This document shows positions 12,104 to 23,384 of a stretch of 64,000 nt of DNA, one piece after another. The DNA is from Moniliella sp. 'wahieum'. Taxonomy: Eukaryota. Positions within the stretch are counted from its first letter, which is position 1; each line of letters opens with the position of its first letter. Under the pieces are notes generated by a model. That model did no database searches. It was given only the letters and a program-made list of their open reading frames with translations, and had not been told where the DNA came from. The translations under genes and the position numbers were made by a program. The DNA lies in NCBI GenBank assembly GCA_003971905.1, contig RSEE01000059.1:186001-250000 (forward strand). Reading direction: 5' to 3'.

Positions 12104-14328
12104 TTACCACCGACGGTTGTTGCCCATCGAGTAGGCGTTCGCACCCGAGCGTCCTCCACCCCGACCACGGAACCCACCCGCGACCGACCAAACCGGCGAC
12201 CACCGCCGCCGCCAGAGTAGCGCACCATGCCTTCCAACTCGGCCGGAACCTCCTGCTTGGCCTCGCGAAGAATCTTGACCAACTCACGCGCCGATTTCGA
12301 GTTGTCAGAAGTGAAGAAGGTGATCGCGGTGCCCTTGGCCCCGGCGCGGCCAGTACGGCCAATCTGGTGAATGTAGTCCTCCACGTTGGGCATGTCGACA
12401 TTGATCACATACGCAATGTCCTTGACGTCTGAAATAGCAAGGTAGGTCAGTAGAAGCCCTCAGGGCCCCATGCCCCTCCCACCCTGGAACCGAACAATCG
12501 GGCCAAAAGGAGGCGGGGCAAGAGAAACAGAGAACGGAAGCAAGGTCCAGAGCCGCACGCTAAGCCCACTCCCGGAAGAGCAGACCAAGTGCAGTCCGGG
12601 ATCAACCCTCCTTGTGCTCGGGCACAGGGGAGGGGCGAGGACCAGGTCCTCGTCCCCACCCCAGCCAAGCGGACCACATGGGAAACAAGCGTGACCCGCC
12701 AAAGAGACGGGGCCGCCTTGTCCAAGCCGCCATACCAGAACCAATCGAAGCGACACAATCGTCGCCAGTACTGCGACCCCCCGTGGTGCACGAAACATTA
12801 GGGGAGCCCAGCACTCAACAAGAGGCTCGAAGCACAGTCGGGTGGCACAGCGCCTTTTCTCGAACAAGCACACGCTTCCCCGCGCAACCGCTGGACCGAG
12901 GTCACAGAGGGCAGGGAAACATGGCTCGTACACCAGATACGACAGTAGGCAGAACATCTGCCGCCTGGTCAAGAAAGAGGAGCAAACAAGGTAAAAGAGA
13001 AGAAATCGGAACAACAAAGGACGCTTGCAAACGATTCAAAGAAATGGGGACATACCGAGACCACGCGAGGCCACCGCCGTGGCAACGAGAATGGGCGACG
13101 CACCCGATTTGAACTCGCGCAAAACCCAATCACGCTCACGTTGTTCCTTGTCGCCGTGAATGGCCAATGCAGGCCAGCCGTCCTCACGAAGGAACTTGGT
13201 GAGCTCGTCCGCGAGACGCTTCGTGTTGGTGAAAATGATGACCTTGGAGTTCTCTTGGCTGATCTTCTCAAGGTGCGTGACAAGCTTGCCCCGCTTCTCA
13301 AAGTCGGAAGTGACCTCGACGACTTGGGTCACGTTGTGGTTGGCCGACAACTCGTGGCTGCCAATGTTCACCTGGTAAGGTTCCTGAAGGAAGTCGTGGG
13401 CCAAGCGCTGCACCTCCTTGGGCCAGGTGGCGGAGAACATGAGGGTTTGCCGGTCGGGGCGGACCTGCTCGAGAATCTTGCGGATCTGCGGCTCAAAGCC
13501 CATGTCCAGCATACGGTCCGCCTCGTCCATGACAATGTACGTCACCCGACGCAGGTTGGTCTTGCCAATCTCGATCATGTCAATCAGACGACCGGGGGTG
13601 GCAACCACAATCTCAGCCCCGCGCGACAGCTCGCGAATCTGCTGCCCCTTGGGCACACCGCCGTACACCGCCGTGGTGCGAATGCGGCTGGAAGCACGGA
13701 ACTTTTCGCACTCGCCTTGGATCTGGTTGGCCAGTTCACGAGTGGGGGCAAGGAAGAGGGCAATGGGACCGTCGCCGGGCTTGAGCAAAGGCTGGGCATT
13801 GACGTGCACCATGGCGGGCAACGCAAAGCCGATCGTCTTGCCCGAACCAGTCTGAGCAATGGCGACCAAGTCGTGGCCGGACATGGCCATGGGCCAAGCC
13901 TGGCACTGGATAGGGGTGGGCGAGTCAAAGCCCATCTTCTTCAGCTCCTTGGTAATGTAGTCGGGGAAGCCAGCCTCGTCAAAGGTTTGAATCGGACGGG
14001 GCACGTTGGCGCCTTGGATAGTCATCTGCTTCTCATCACGGTACGCCTTGATCTCAGCATCCGAGCGGGCCGTGACAGAGGGAGCCTCGTGGTAAAAGTT
14101 CTTCTCAAACGAGGGCAGCTCTTGGCCAGACCAGTCAACAGAGCGGAGGTTGGCACCGAGCTGAGCCATGCGGTCGCCACCGCCATAGCTATCGGCGCCA
14201 TAGCTGTCGCCACCGTAGCCACCGCCGCCATAGCCACCGCGGCCACCGCCGTAGCCGCCTCCATTGCGGCTGCCATAGCTGTCGTTGCCGTAGCCGCCGC
14301 GGCCAGAGTTGTAACCACCGTAAGACAT
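12104..14328 (-). CDS. DBP2: DEAD-box RNA helicase Dbp2 (p68/DDX5)
   Basis: Gly/Tyr/Arg-rich N-terminus, [60 protein letters not shown], ends ..NNRRW*. Intron 13055..12429. Confidence 0.95.
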
Positions 14329-14505
14329 GTTGGAGATGAAGGACGGGTGTGCTGGCCGGGTCGAGGGAAGATGGGGGGATGAGGACAGACGCGAGGGCAC
14401 GGCTGGCTGGCTTATTTATGCGACGTATCGGTGCCCTCACTCCTGGAGGCGGGGTGTACAGTTGAAAAAAAAACACGCAGCGCCCGGCCAGTGTGTAGGG
14501 CGGGT

Positions 14506-14515
14506 CAAATTTTCA
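14506..14515 (-). promoter_or_regulatory. RRPE-like element upstream of DBP2
   Basis: TGAAAATTTG on the minus strand about 180 bp upstream of a ribosome-biogenesis gene; resembles yeast RRPE TGAAAA(A/T)TTT. Confidence 0.35.
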
Positions 14516-14774
14516 ACCCGAAAAACTTTGGCTGATTCCGCTGCGCCCATTCCGCCCGGGTCTCAAGCGCAGCGCCGGGCCGGTTTGTGATGGTGATGTG
14601 TCAGAGGGTTTCAACTTTTAAACTTTAAGCTTCAAAATCTGCAACCTGTCACCCGTGGCTGTCACGTGTGACGCTCGTTAAAGAAATTGTGAAAGTTACA
14701 AAAATAACCCCGCCTGCTCGCAGCAGGCCCACCCGCAAGTGCATCAATCAGTAGCACCCCAGGACAACAACTCC

Positions 14775-15666
14775 ATGCCCGATCCGTACACGCGCCGTGG
14801 CGGACGTCTCTCGTTCAAGCCCTCCCATCGTCCCTCTCCACCGCCCTCTCCGCCGCTCTTCTCCCAACAGAGTGCCATCCCCTCTCCCTCCTCTGCATCC
14901 TCGTCCCTCCCCCCCCGCTTCCGCCACCACCCGACACCCGTCGATCCATGGGCCTTTGACGAGGACTCTTATGCCGACTATCTTGCTGCCCAGCAATTTG
15001 GCGTGGGTCGCGAGTGGATGGCACAGCAGCAAGAGCTCCATGCCCAACAAGAGAGCAGGAACAGTACCTAGAGGAACGCCGCCGTGCCCACCAACGCCAC
15101 AAAGACGCGGAGGAACGCCGCCGTCGACGCCACCAAGCCGACCGGGAACGGCGACGGCAAGAACGGAAGCGGCAGCGACGCGAACACGGAGCACGCCAAT
15201 CAAAACCAGGAGGGGCCGCCCCGCGAAGTGGCTCCTCTCCCCCCGATCCACTCCCAGACACACCTTTGCATCCCAATCCCGATAAGACGGGGCTCTCGGA
15301 CCGAACCCGAATAACACCTGCTCAGGTTGACCTGGCTCGACAAGTCTGGGAGGATCGATGGTCGTCCCTGCCCTCCCAGATTGACAGAAGTGGACGTTCC
15401 CTGGCCCTGTGCGCGGGAGCTTCTTTCACCCGCCTGCCGGGCTCCTTTGATGCTCGATTCCGAGTCGGTTGCGCACTTCTTTTTGCCCCTGGCCAAGCTG
15501 GAGCTTCACTGGCGCAAGGCGAAGCAAGGCTTCGCTCCGCCTTGCTTCGCTACCATCCCGACCGCTTCTTTGCTGCAGACGGACGCAGCACCGACCTGCG
15601 TCCCGCCATTCTTCACGTTACCCGCTTGCTGCACGAAATTCGCTCCGCCAAGGCGGCATGGCTTGA
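14775..15666 (+). CDS. NFKBIL1-like protein with C-terminal HPD (J-domain-like) motif
   Basis: Charged R/E-rich segment, DVPWP motif, LRSALLRYHPDRFF; frameshifted, end approximate. Confidence 0.5.
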
Positions 15667-16593
15667 ACGTTTTTGGTGCATGAAGCAGCATCCAGTACAG
15701 CTATTACCGTTTGCTCCGCCCGACGTTTGGGTGGCACCCAGTTTGGCACGGCAACGTGTTTCTCTTTACCTTCCCCGCCTTGTTAGCACAAGGATGGGCC
15801 AAACACGATGACACTCATGTAGAGGCATGATGCAAGGCATCTTCCTCGATTGCTATTTTCTGCGTCGGCCTCGCAAGCACATCTTACCTTGTAGCCAAGC
15901 TGGCGGGTGCAACGCTGCCCAATATGTGAAACCCTGTACATCAGATGTTGACATTGTTTAGGGCAAGGAGGAATGAGCGAGGAGCCAATGAGCGATAAGT
16001 AGTATGATGATGGGCAAATAATATGGTATCTCGGCTTGTAAGCTCTGTGAAGGAATTGCCGGTTACCAAGAATGATTCTTTCCCGCGCCCAACGCTGGAA
16101 CCTCTCGCGAAATGGCCCTAGAGCCTAACTTAGAGACATGAATGAGCATGTCGATGACCGACACTTGCGCGCGACGCAAGCAATTGAAGCCTTTTATCTT
16201 ATTGTTACCAGAGGAACGTTTTAGACTTGCGGGACGACCTCATCAAACGTCTACCCCCCTAGATGTGGACAAAAGGAAAAGCAATGAGTTCGTGAGGATG
16301 ACAACTCACTAGCCTCAACCTGGAATGCTAAGGATAGGTTTAACGACCTTGCACTATGTGACCATCAACCTATAGCTGTCTTTGCCCAGTTCCGCAATCA
16401 GCACGCTTAGTAGTCCTCCCCTCATTGGTGAGGTTGTTTTCATGGCGCTTGTTACCTCCCACCTGTTCCCCTCCTGTCCGATGGTCCTGGGCCACTATGA
16501 TTGCTTCAGAAGGGAACATGGAAGAATGGGGCGCGTGGATAGACAGACGAGACGTAAAGAAATGCGAGAGATCATCGACAGTTACAATTCCAG

Positions 16594-17128
16594 TTACTGA
16601 GCCAAAATTTGGCGAACAAATTGCTCGTAGTTGATGTTGCCGTCGCTGCGCGTTGCGGGCAAACGGGGGGGGGGGGGGGGGAGGGGGGAGGGGGTCAGCG
16701 GGGGTTGTGGCATGAAGTTTGAAGGCGGAGCAGAACAAGGAAGGGAACGTACGCAGATACAGGCACACCCTTCAGCAACTCATCCACCTCTTGGTCGGTC
16801 AACTTTTCTCCCAACGACGTGAGCACATACCGCAGCTCCCCAGCGCCAATAAACCATTGCCCTCCTTGTCAAAGACTTGGAAGCCGCGGATGAATTCATC
16901 GGGCGTGCCGGCCGGCTTGAAGCCATTGGGCCGCTGCAAGATGGAAACAAAGGTAGGGGTAGTCAATCTCGCCCGGCGGAGGCACTGTCGCAACCAGTCG
17001 GCTACTTCGGCTTGGGTCGGGTTCTGGCCGAGCGCACGCAGCAGGTCGCCCAGCACCGAGGAGGGAATCTGGCCAGTGCCGCGCTTGTCGAACAGGGCAA
17101 AGGCCTCTTTGAACTCGGCGTCGGACAT
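16594..17128 (-). CDS. CDC4: Myosin light chain (Cdc4/Mlc1, EF-hand)
   Basis: [54 protein letters not shown]; last exon [16 protein letters not shown] after an intron. Confidence 0.9.
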
Positions 17129-17899
17129 GGGGTGAGAAAAGGGGAGAAAGAGGAGAAAGGGATGAGAGAAGGGATGTGGGGGTGGTGGCAGTGCGCCTAC
17201 AGCAGGCGGATGGGATGGTGACACTTACCTTGCCTTTCCTTGCCCCCCGCAGGTTGCTGGTGTTGTTCATATCGCCACATTGCCCCCACACTCGCGCTGT
17301 GCTCGGGCTGGTGTTGGTTAGGACACGCGCCGCGCCGGCCGTGCCTCAACCCACCATTCCGCCCGCCCACGTGAACGGGAATTGGAAACGTGCACGTGAT
17401 GCGGCTTCGATCGGTAGGGTTCTGGGAAGCGGGTTGGCTCTGCAACCAGAACAGAAATTTGGCCAAACCCCACAGCACCTCCCCCCCCCCCCTTTGCCCC
17501 CCCAAAAGCTGTATTACAGAGAGGCGCCTCAATAAGCCATGGATGGACGACACAGATTCGAGGCATCATGCCTGAGCCCCAGAGACAGTTGGTATCCAGG
17601 AATGCACCGATATATTATGCACAGCCAAGAAAGAGCGTCCTCACCCCCGTCCCTCCCTCTCTCTTCCTGCCACCCAAGCAAATCAAAACGCACGCCAAGC
17701 AAGCACTGGTGCGGCAGATTCACTCTGACTGTTTCATGTCTCGCCGAAACCCATTTGATGCCGACGTGTTTTGGCGTGTGAGGCTGATGCTTTGCTAGGA
17801 TCCAATCCATTCCAAGGGGGTGATAGGGGTATCCTCGAATCTATAGTAGAGAGCAGGAAATGTAGAGCAAAGAAGAGAGAGCGGATGGGGGCCGGATTA

Positions 17900-19099
17900 T
17901 GTTAGTGCCTTCTTCAAAGGTGCTGCGGTAAGCGAGTCGGACTTATGATAAACCGTTCTTCCCGCCGCGCTCAAGGAGAGAGATCGCGTGAGGGACTGTG
18001 CGGTGGCTGACACGAGCTGGCAGCCTGGGAGAGGGAGCGGCTGACGGAAACAGATCGGCCCTTGCCAAGGTCAAAGGGGGATCGTACCGAATGCGACGCG
18101 GGGGCAGAGAAGGTGGATGTGCCCACCAAGCGGCCACGGTAGTGTCAATCGGAATAGGTACAATCCCAATGTCCAAGCACCCATGCCACCGCACAGGAGC
18201 GTGCAACCATGGATAAAAAGGAAGGCCAGAACGACGGAGGGCAAGGGTGACGCCTTCGAGGCTAATGCCAAAGAAGATCCAGGGGTACCCATTCGATTCC
18301 ACAGAGGGCGGGTGTACTGAGTGACGCTGTACTGGCTGGTTATGATTGGGGAAGAGGTGGCCATATATACCGTAGGCACGAGGGTAATGTAGTATTGGAA
18401 AACTTGAAAGGGGGCCACCGCTATCGAACGGGCCCCGTCTAGGGCACAGGCCGCCCGGGTATCGCAGGTCCAAAGGCGAGATGATGAAAGATATGTGTCA
18501 AGTTCATTTCTGCGGCTTATGTTAATCTCGTGCATCAAAAAGAGAGAAGGGTCGAGACACGTACGCTGTGCTTGGCATGGGCTGCCGGATGTTCTGGATC
18601 AAAGTAGCCATGACCTGCGGTGGTGAGTTGGAGCGAGCCACCGATTTGTGCCAGAGAGAATTCTCCCGAAAGCCGGCAGGCCTCGTCATGCCTCCTTTGG
18701 ATCTTGTCCACTGGCGGGGGTAAGCCAAGGGTGGCAGCAAAGGAGGCGGGGGTGCGCTGGAGGAGCGGTGAGGTGTACCAAGTCGTCCTTGGCATCGTGC
18801 CATTCGAGACTGAGCAGTTCGCAGCGCATGGCTACCGTCATGTCGAGGGATAAGTCCACGGTGCTGGGGAGAGTTCGGTCGAGTACAAAGTCATGGATCG
18901 TTTCGCTAGCAGTAGCCAAGCGGCAGACATCGACCAGGCACAGCAGCGTCACGGCGCACACGAGGAGTACCGACCATAGCCCGCCGGCGCGGGTGGTGTG
19001 GGAGTAGAGAGTGTGGGTCTTGGGGAACGCGTCGAAGGAGCGGAGCGGCCGGGACGAATCAAGGCGGGCCAGCAACGAACGAGACGCCTCGCTGCCCAT
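17900..19099 (-). CDS. ERV41: ER-derived vesicle protein, Erv41/Erv46 (ERGIC) family
   Basis: LRSFDAFPKT, TM segment GGLWSVLLVCAVTLL, LSLDMTVAMRC, CRLSG, AGHGY, FQYYITLVPTVY, TSQYSVTQY; many indels, end approximate. Confidence 0.75.
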
Positions 19100-19552
19100 C
19101 GAAGCGTGGACTGACAGGTGGTACGGGCGAGAAGGCAGAGGCACCCAACCAAGGCAGGCAGCTAGCTACCGTCCACCAGCCGCTGCCATCGCTGCTGCTC
19201 CACTCGGCGGGAATCGGGATGAGACCCAGGGAGGCAAGACTGTTCCTGTACTGCGATGGGCCCGTGGGCTGAAAACAGTGGCGCTATGCCGGGGACAGTG
19301 CCTCGCGCGAGCCGAACGGGTGTGGTGCTAGCGAGCCGCTACCTTGGGGGGCTTGCCAGGGCCTGCCAGGGCTTGCGGGGGCTTTGCTTCAAGAGCTCCA
19401 AGCTTCAAGCTTCATCACAATTGGACTCCTCCCATGTCACACGTCACGTGATGCCCGCGACTCAAATTGCAATGCATCTCAGCGCCCTTTGCTAGTCAAG
19501 CCTGCGGTGATACCAGTCTGTCGCACTCCTTCCTCACCCCACCACCTCGGCG

Positions 19553-20324
19553 ATGCCATCTTCCTCCGACAGCGACTCGTCTGACGAAGAGTTTGTCGTC
19601 TCCAAACCGACGCAAGGAACTTGTACGCCTTTCCTCTTTCCGTTGAAATCAAGCTGACACGTTACAGCCTCGGACGACTCTGACACCGACGCGCCCACCA
19701 AGCGCCAGCCTGACCCTACTGGTCTGAGGAGGGGGAGGCAGCTACCCTCGCACAAGACGCCGGGGACCTTCACTCCTATGGACGGGGAAAGCGACGAGCG
19801 GTGCTGCAGACCCGGCACTGCACAACAGGCAGCTCCCCCTCCGGGTCCAGTCAGGCCGATGCCATCTGGGCCGAGATGAAGAGTGCACCTGCTGAACTCA
19901 AGGCGGCTCCGGCCATGGTCAAGGTCATGCGTACCTACCAGTTTGCGGGGGAGGAGTGCATGAGGAAGTGGACCTGCCCGCTGACCATCCGGACGCCGTA
20001 GCGCAGTCCCGGACAATTGACAAACCCCTTCTGCCCCACCTCCTTTGCGCCCACGGCCAAAGCCCGGAAGGAAACGCAAAGCGGGCCTCGCGAGCTTGGC
20101 GGCGGCTGCTACGGCGAAAGTGCCCAAGCTCAACACGGTGGAGAAGAGCAAGTTGGATTGGGAAGCTTACAAGGCCAAGGCATGAGTCAGGAGGAAGTGG
20201 AACAGATTGAGGCGCAAACACGCGGCACGCGCGAAGGGGCAAGATGGAAGGGTATTTGGATCGGTCGGATTTCTTGGATCGGGTGCATGCTCGGCAGGAG
20301 GAGGAGCTTGCTCGCAAAATATGA
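19553..20324 (+). CDS. SWC5: SWR1 complex subunit Swc5 (BCNT/CFDP1 domain)
   Basis: Acidic N-terminus DSDSSDEEF, VKVMRTYQFAGEE, KLNTVEKSKLDWEAYK, GYLDRSDFLDRV (assembled across indels). Confidence 0.85.
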
Positions 20325-20459
20325 TCTCGCAAGAACGATTCGTCTGTGACTCGGGCTATGAGGACAGGACCGGGAAGTGAGAGTGAACTACATATTGGTG
20401 CGTGAGTGTTAGAGGGCAGAATCGCGTACACGTGCCTGGTGCTGGGACAGAAACGTAGT

Positions 20460-22128
20460 CGACTTGCGATCCCCATGCGAGAGGAGAGATGAAAATGAAA
20501 CGGTCTCGGGCCTCCATACTGAAGTCCGGAGACCGGGGGGTGATGGTGCATGTGCTGCCGGGGCTACCTCTGGCATTCAACAGGAAGCATTATGCATTGG
20601 CCAAACACCCTCACCCTCTGAGAAGAGGTGAAGGGCACTTGCATTGATCATGAGCAGGTAGGGTAAAGTCGGTATCTTTGTGCAGTGCGAATCTGGTGCA
20701 GAGGAGCACTTCGTTCTCCTCCACCATGGGATGCGAAAGAGGAATGGGCGTAGGATCCCATTCGCCAGGTATGGCCGCGTTGTCTCGAGAGCCGAGAGGG
20801 CAGAGCGGATGGATCCAGACGGCACGGGAACAGCGTCAAACGAAGGTGCATGTGAAAACGTAGGGAAAAGAGGGCCAAGATCGAGCCTGTACCACGGGAC
20901 GTACAGCGGGCCAGGACCGCGCCCGGGGGACCCATTGGGATGGTCGCGAGCACCTGCAACACGTGGGAGGGGCGCGGGCGCGTCTTGCCCCTACCGTCCT
21001 GTGAATGCGGGCGTCTTCTCCACGTCAAAGATAGACGGGCGGGGTTTGATGGAATGCGCGGCGGAGCCGGCGCATATTGCTCCTCAGCCCAAAAGATATG
21101 CTGGGACCGAGCATGCTGCAGGGCGGCCATGGCCTTCTCCACTAACCCCCAGAGACAGGGCGCGCTTTGCGAGCGCGGGCACGTGCCTGAATGATGCGCT
21201 GCACAGTGGTCATGCCCTGCGCGGCGGTTCAGCCGAATCGGCCGCAGAGGGCGCAATGCGCACCGGAGCGGGCGGGGGATGTTTTGCTGGTGACGAGTGG
21301 CAACCGGGTGCTCCCGTGGGCGAGCATCCAGGCGAGAGAAAGGGGTCGTCGGTTTGGGCACCATCGCTACGGCGGGGACGGAAATGCTTGTCCACATCAG
21401 GTTGTTCCAGGTGGTGCACCAGGGCAGTAAGGTTGACTCCGCGCGGACGAGGTGGAGCAACGCGAGAGAGGGGAAGGTGACCGTTGCCGCTTGCGCGTAG
21501 ATGGCGTGGGAGAGGCCGAATGTGCAGCCTGTGGGCGGATTAGGGTCTGGAATGGGGGGTGGGGCAAGCGCGCGTTTGGGGACAGAGCTCGGGGTGACAA
21601 TGTGTTAGATGAAAACGGGACTGGGGCGTAGAGCGTGAGGAACGTGGGGGGTGGGGCACAAGCGGTGCGGTGCGCATCATTGTCGTCAACTCTGACAGGG
21701 ACAGTTTCGCTTGCGGCGGTCGGGGCGGGCGGAGGAGGAGGGACGCGCATTTTGCCGTGCAGGTGTGGTGAGCTTTGGGTTTGGATTGGCTGCGAGCGAG
21801 GGACGGCGCCAGATGAGTTTTTGGCGTTCGCGTTCGGCGCCACGGGAGAAGAGGAGCGGCTCCTGATCAAATGCGAAGGAGGGGGCTTGCTGCGGTTGCC
21901 TCGGGGCGGGAGGGGGGCAGGACACGTGGGCTGCGGCCCAGACGAGCGGCGGGGCGAGGGGTGCCCCTGCCATGGGTGGGCGGGAGAGGGTTGTTCTCGT
22001 CGGCGTCGGCGTCGGTGCCGGAGCGAGCGGGGCGCGGGCTCGGAAGCGGACGCTTCGCTTCGTTGGGGAGTCGCTGGCAGCGGAGGTTGGGGCGCAGGGC
22101 GGGGACGTGTGCTGCGGGTGGGCGCCAT
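20460..22128 (-). CDS. Hypothetical protein, Pro/Arg/Ser-rich N-terminus
   Basis: Overlapping long minus-strand ORF pieces from ATG 22128 (MAPTRSTRPRPAP); no family recognised; bounds approximate. Confidence 0.4.
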
Positions 22129-23062
22129 GGAAGAGGGAGGCTGTGGCCGTTGGACGTTGGTCGCCAATGAGGCCTGAGGGAGAGTGATAGGGAGGAGTGA
22201 GGCTGAGGCGCGGAGCCTTAGCCGAGGCACTGCATCATCCTTTGGATGATCGATGATCGATCGCCAGTGGCGGAGAAGCGGCGTCGAGGAGCAATGGCTA
22301 AACGGGTTAATGCAATGGCAGACAATGGCCGCCACGCGTCGCGGGTGTCATCGATCATCGATCATCGGTGAACATATCGGCCATCTTCCATCTTGATCGA
22401 TCTGTGATCATTGAAACGCGGCGCGTGATGTGCGGCGCGTGACGTGTGACGCGACAGGTGGCTTCTTCTCGGTTACCGCTTTCGCAAATTTATGAACGCC
22501 GCCAGGTTGCCATTTGCATTCTCAAAGCCACCAGTGTGGGCAGCACGAGGCAGCACGCAAAAGAGGCACATGTGACGCTCTGCATTTCTGGGTTGCATGA
22601 CGTGTACGTTGTCGCGCAACTCGGCAACGCAGGACTCAGGCAGTACTCAGTTACTCTCAGCCTGGTCTCGGATCTCAGAGTGCAGAATCCACAATGCATG
22701 CCATGCATGATCAACAGCCGATGAGATCGATGATCCCCACACCATGGTGTCTCTCGGCTTCGGACTTGGCCGGAGTTATGCCGACAAAAAAAAAAACTCC
22801 TCGGAGCAGCCATGCACCGTGCAACACAAGCGGTGTCGCTCCGCTTTGGCCGTACGCTTTGAAATTTGATACCGCGTCGCTAGTAACCAAGTAACCGGGT
22901 AACCGCCTGATTTGCGTGTTCCTTTTGCAGACGCAGGGCAGACGCTGGTCTACCCCAGCGTGCCCCCCAATATACGGTTTCTGGTGAAAAGCTTCAAGCG
23001 CTCAGTAGCTGCTGATCGATGACCGTCGAGGACCCCAGCCTTGGCTTGCAACTGGCTGGCAC

Positions 23063-23278
23063 TGTTGGACCCGTGGTCCCGTACTTAGGCCAAGGCGCCT
23101 CATCACCCTTCACCCCTGATTTGTCCTCCGAAGCCTCCACGTGTATACTCAGGCTTGTCTGAACCCCTGTCTCTAGGTGTGGCACAAGGCTTAGACCTTA
23201 ACCACCACCATCGCGATTGCATTGCTCTACATTTCCAGAGGTTCTTCACCCAATCCCTTGGGTTCCTCCGGTCTTACA
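23063..23278 (+). repeat. 5' LTR (216 bp)
   Basis: TGTTGGACCC..GGTCTTACA; identical to the 3' LTR except one G in a homopolymer. Confidence 0.97.
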
Positions 23279-23317
23279 GAGTTACAATCCTCTTGACGCT
23301 CAGCCCTGAGCCTTCCA
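23279..23317 (+). promoter_or_regulatory. Multipartite primer-binding site complementary to the 5' half of mature tRNA-Tyr(GUA)
   Basis: GAGTTACAATC (tRNA nt 40-30), TGACGCTC (29-22), CTGAGC (15-10), CTTCCA (22-17), compared with the tRNA gene at 50729-50822. Confidence 0.85.
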
Positions 23318-23384
23318 CTCTTACACTCTTCGGTCCTCCGCTGCCGGCCCTATCCACAAGCGCTTGCTCGAACTGCGTAAGCTA

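Noticed and set aside
13141..14382. 413-aa plus-strand ORF
   Set aside because: Antisense shadow of codon-biased DBP2; the same applies to 47676-48743 opposite ODC and 45454-46248 opposite TBP.
15800..16380. Possible small Cys-rich minus-strand exon
   Set aside because: Could not assemble a start, signal peptide and consistent introns.
16664..16695. Long G-run, potential G-quadruplex, in the myosin light chain intron
   Set aside because: Homopolymer length is unreliable in this assembly and there is no other support.
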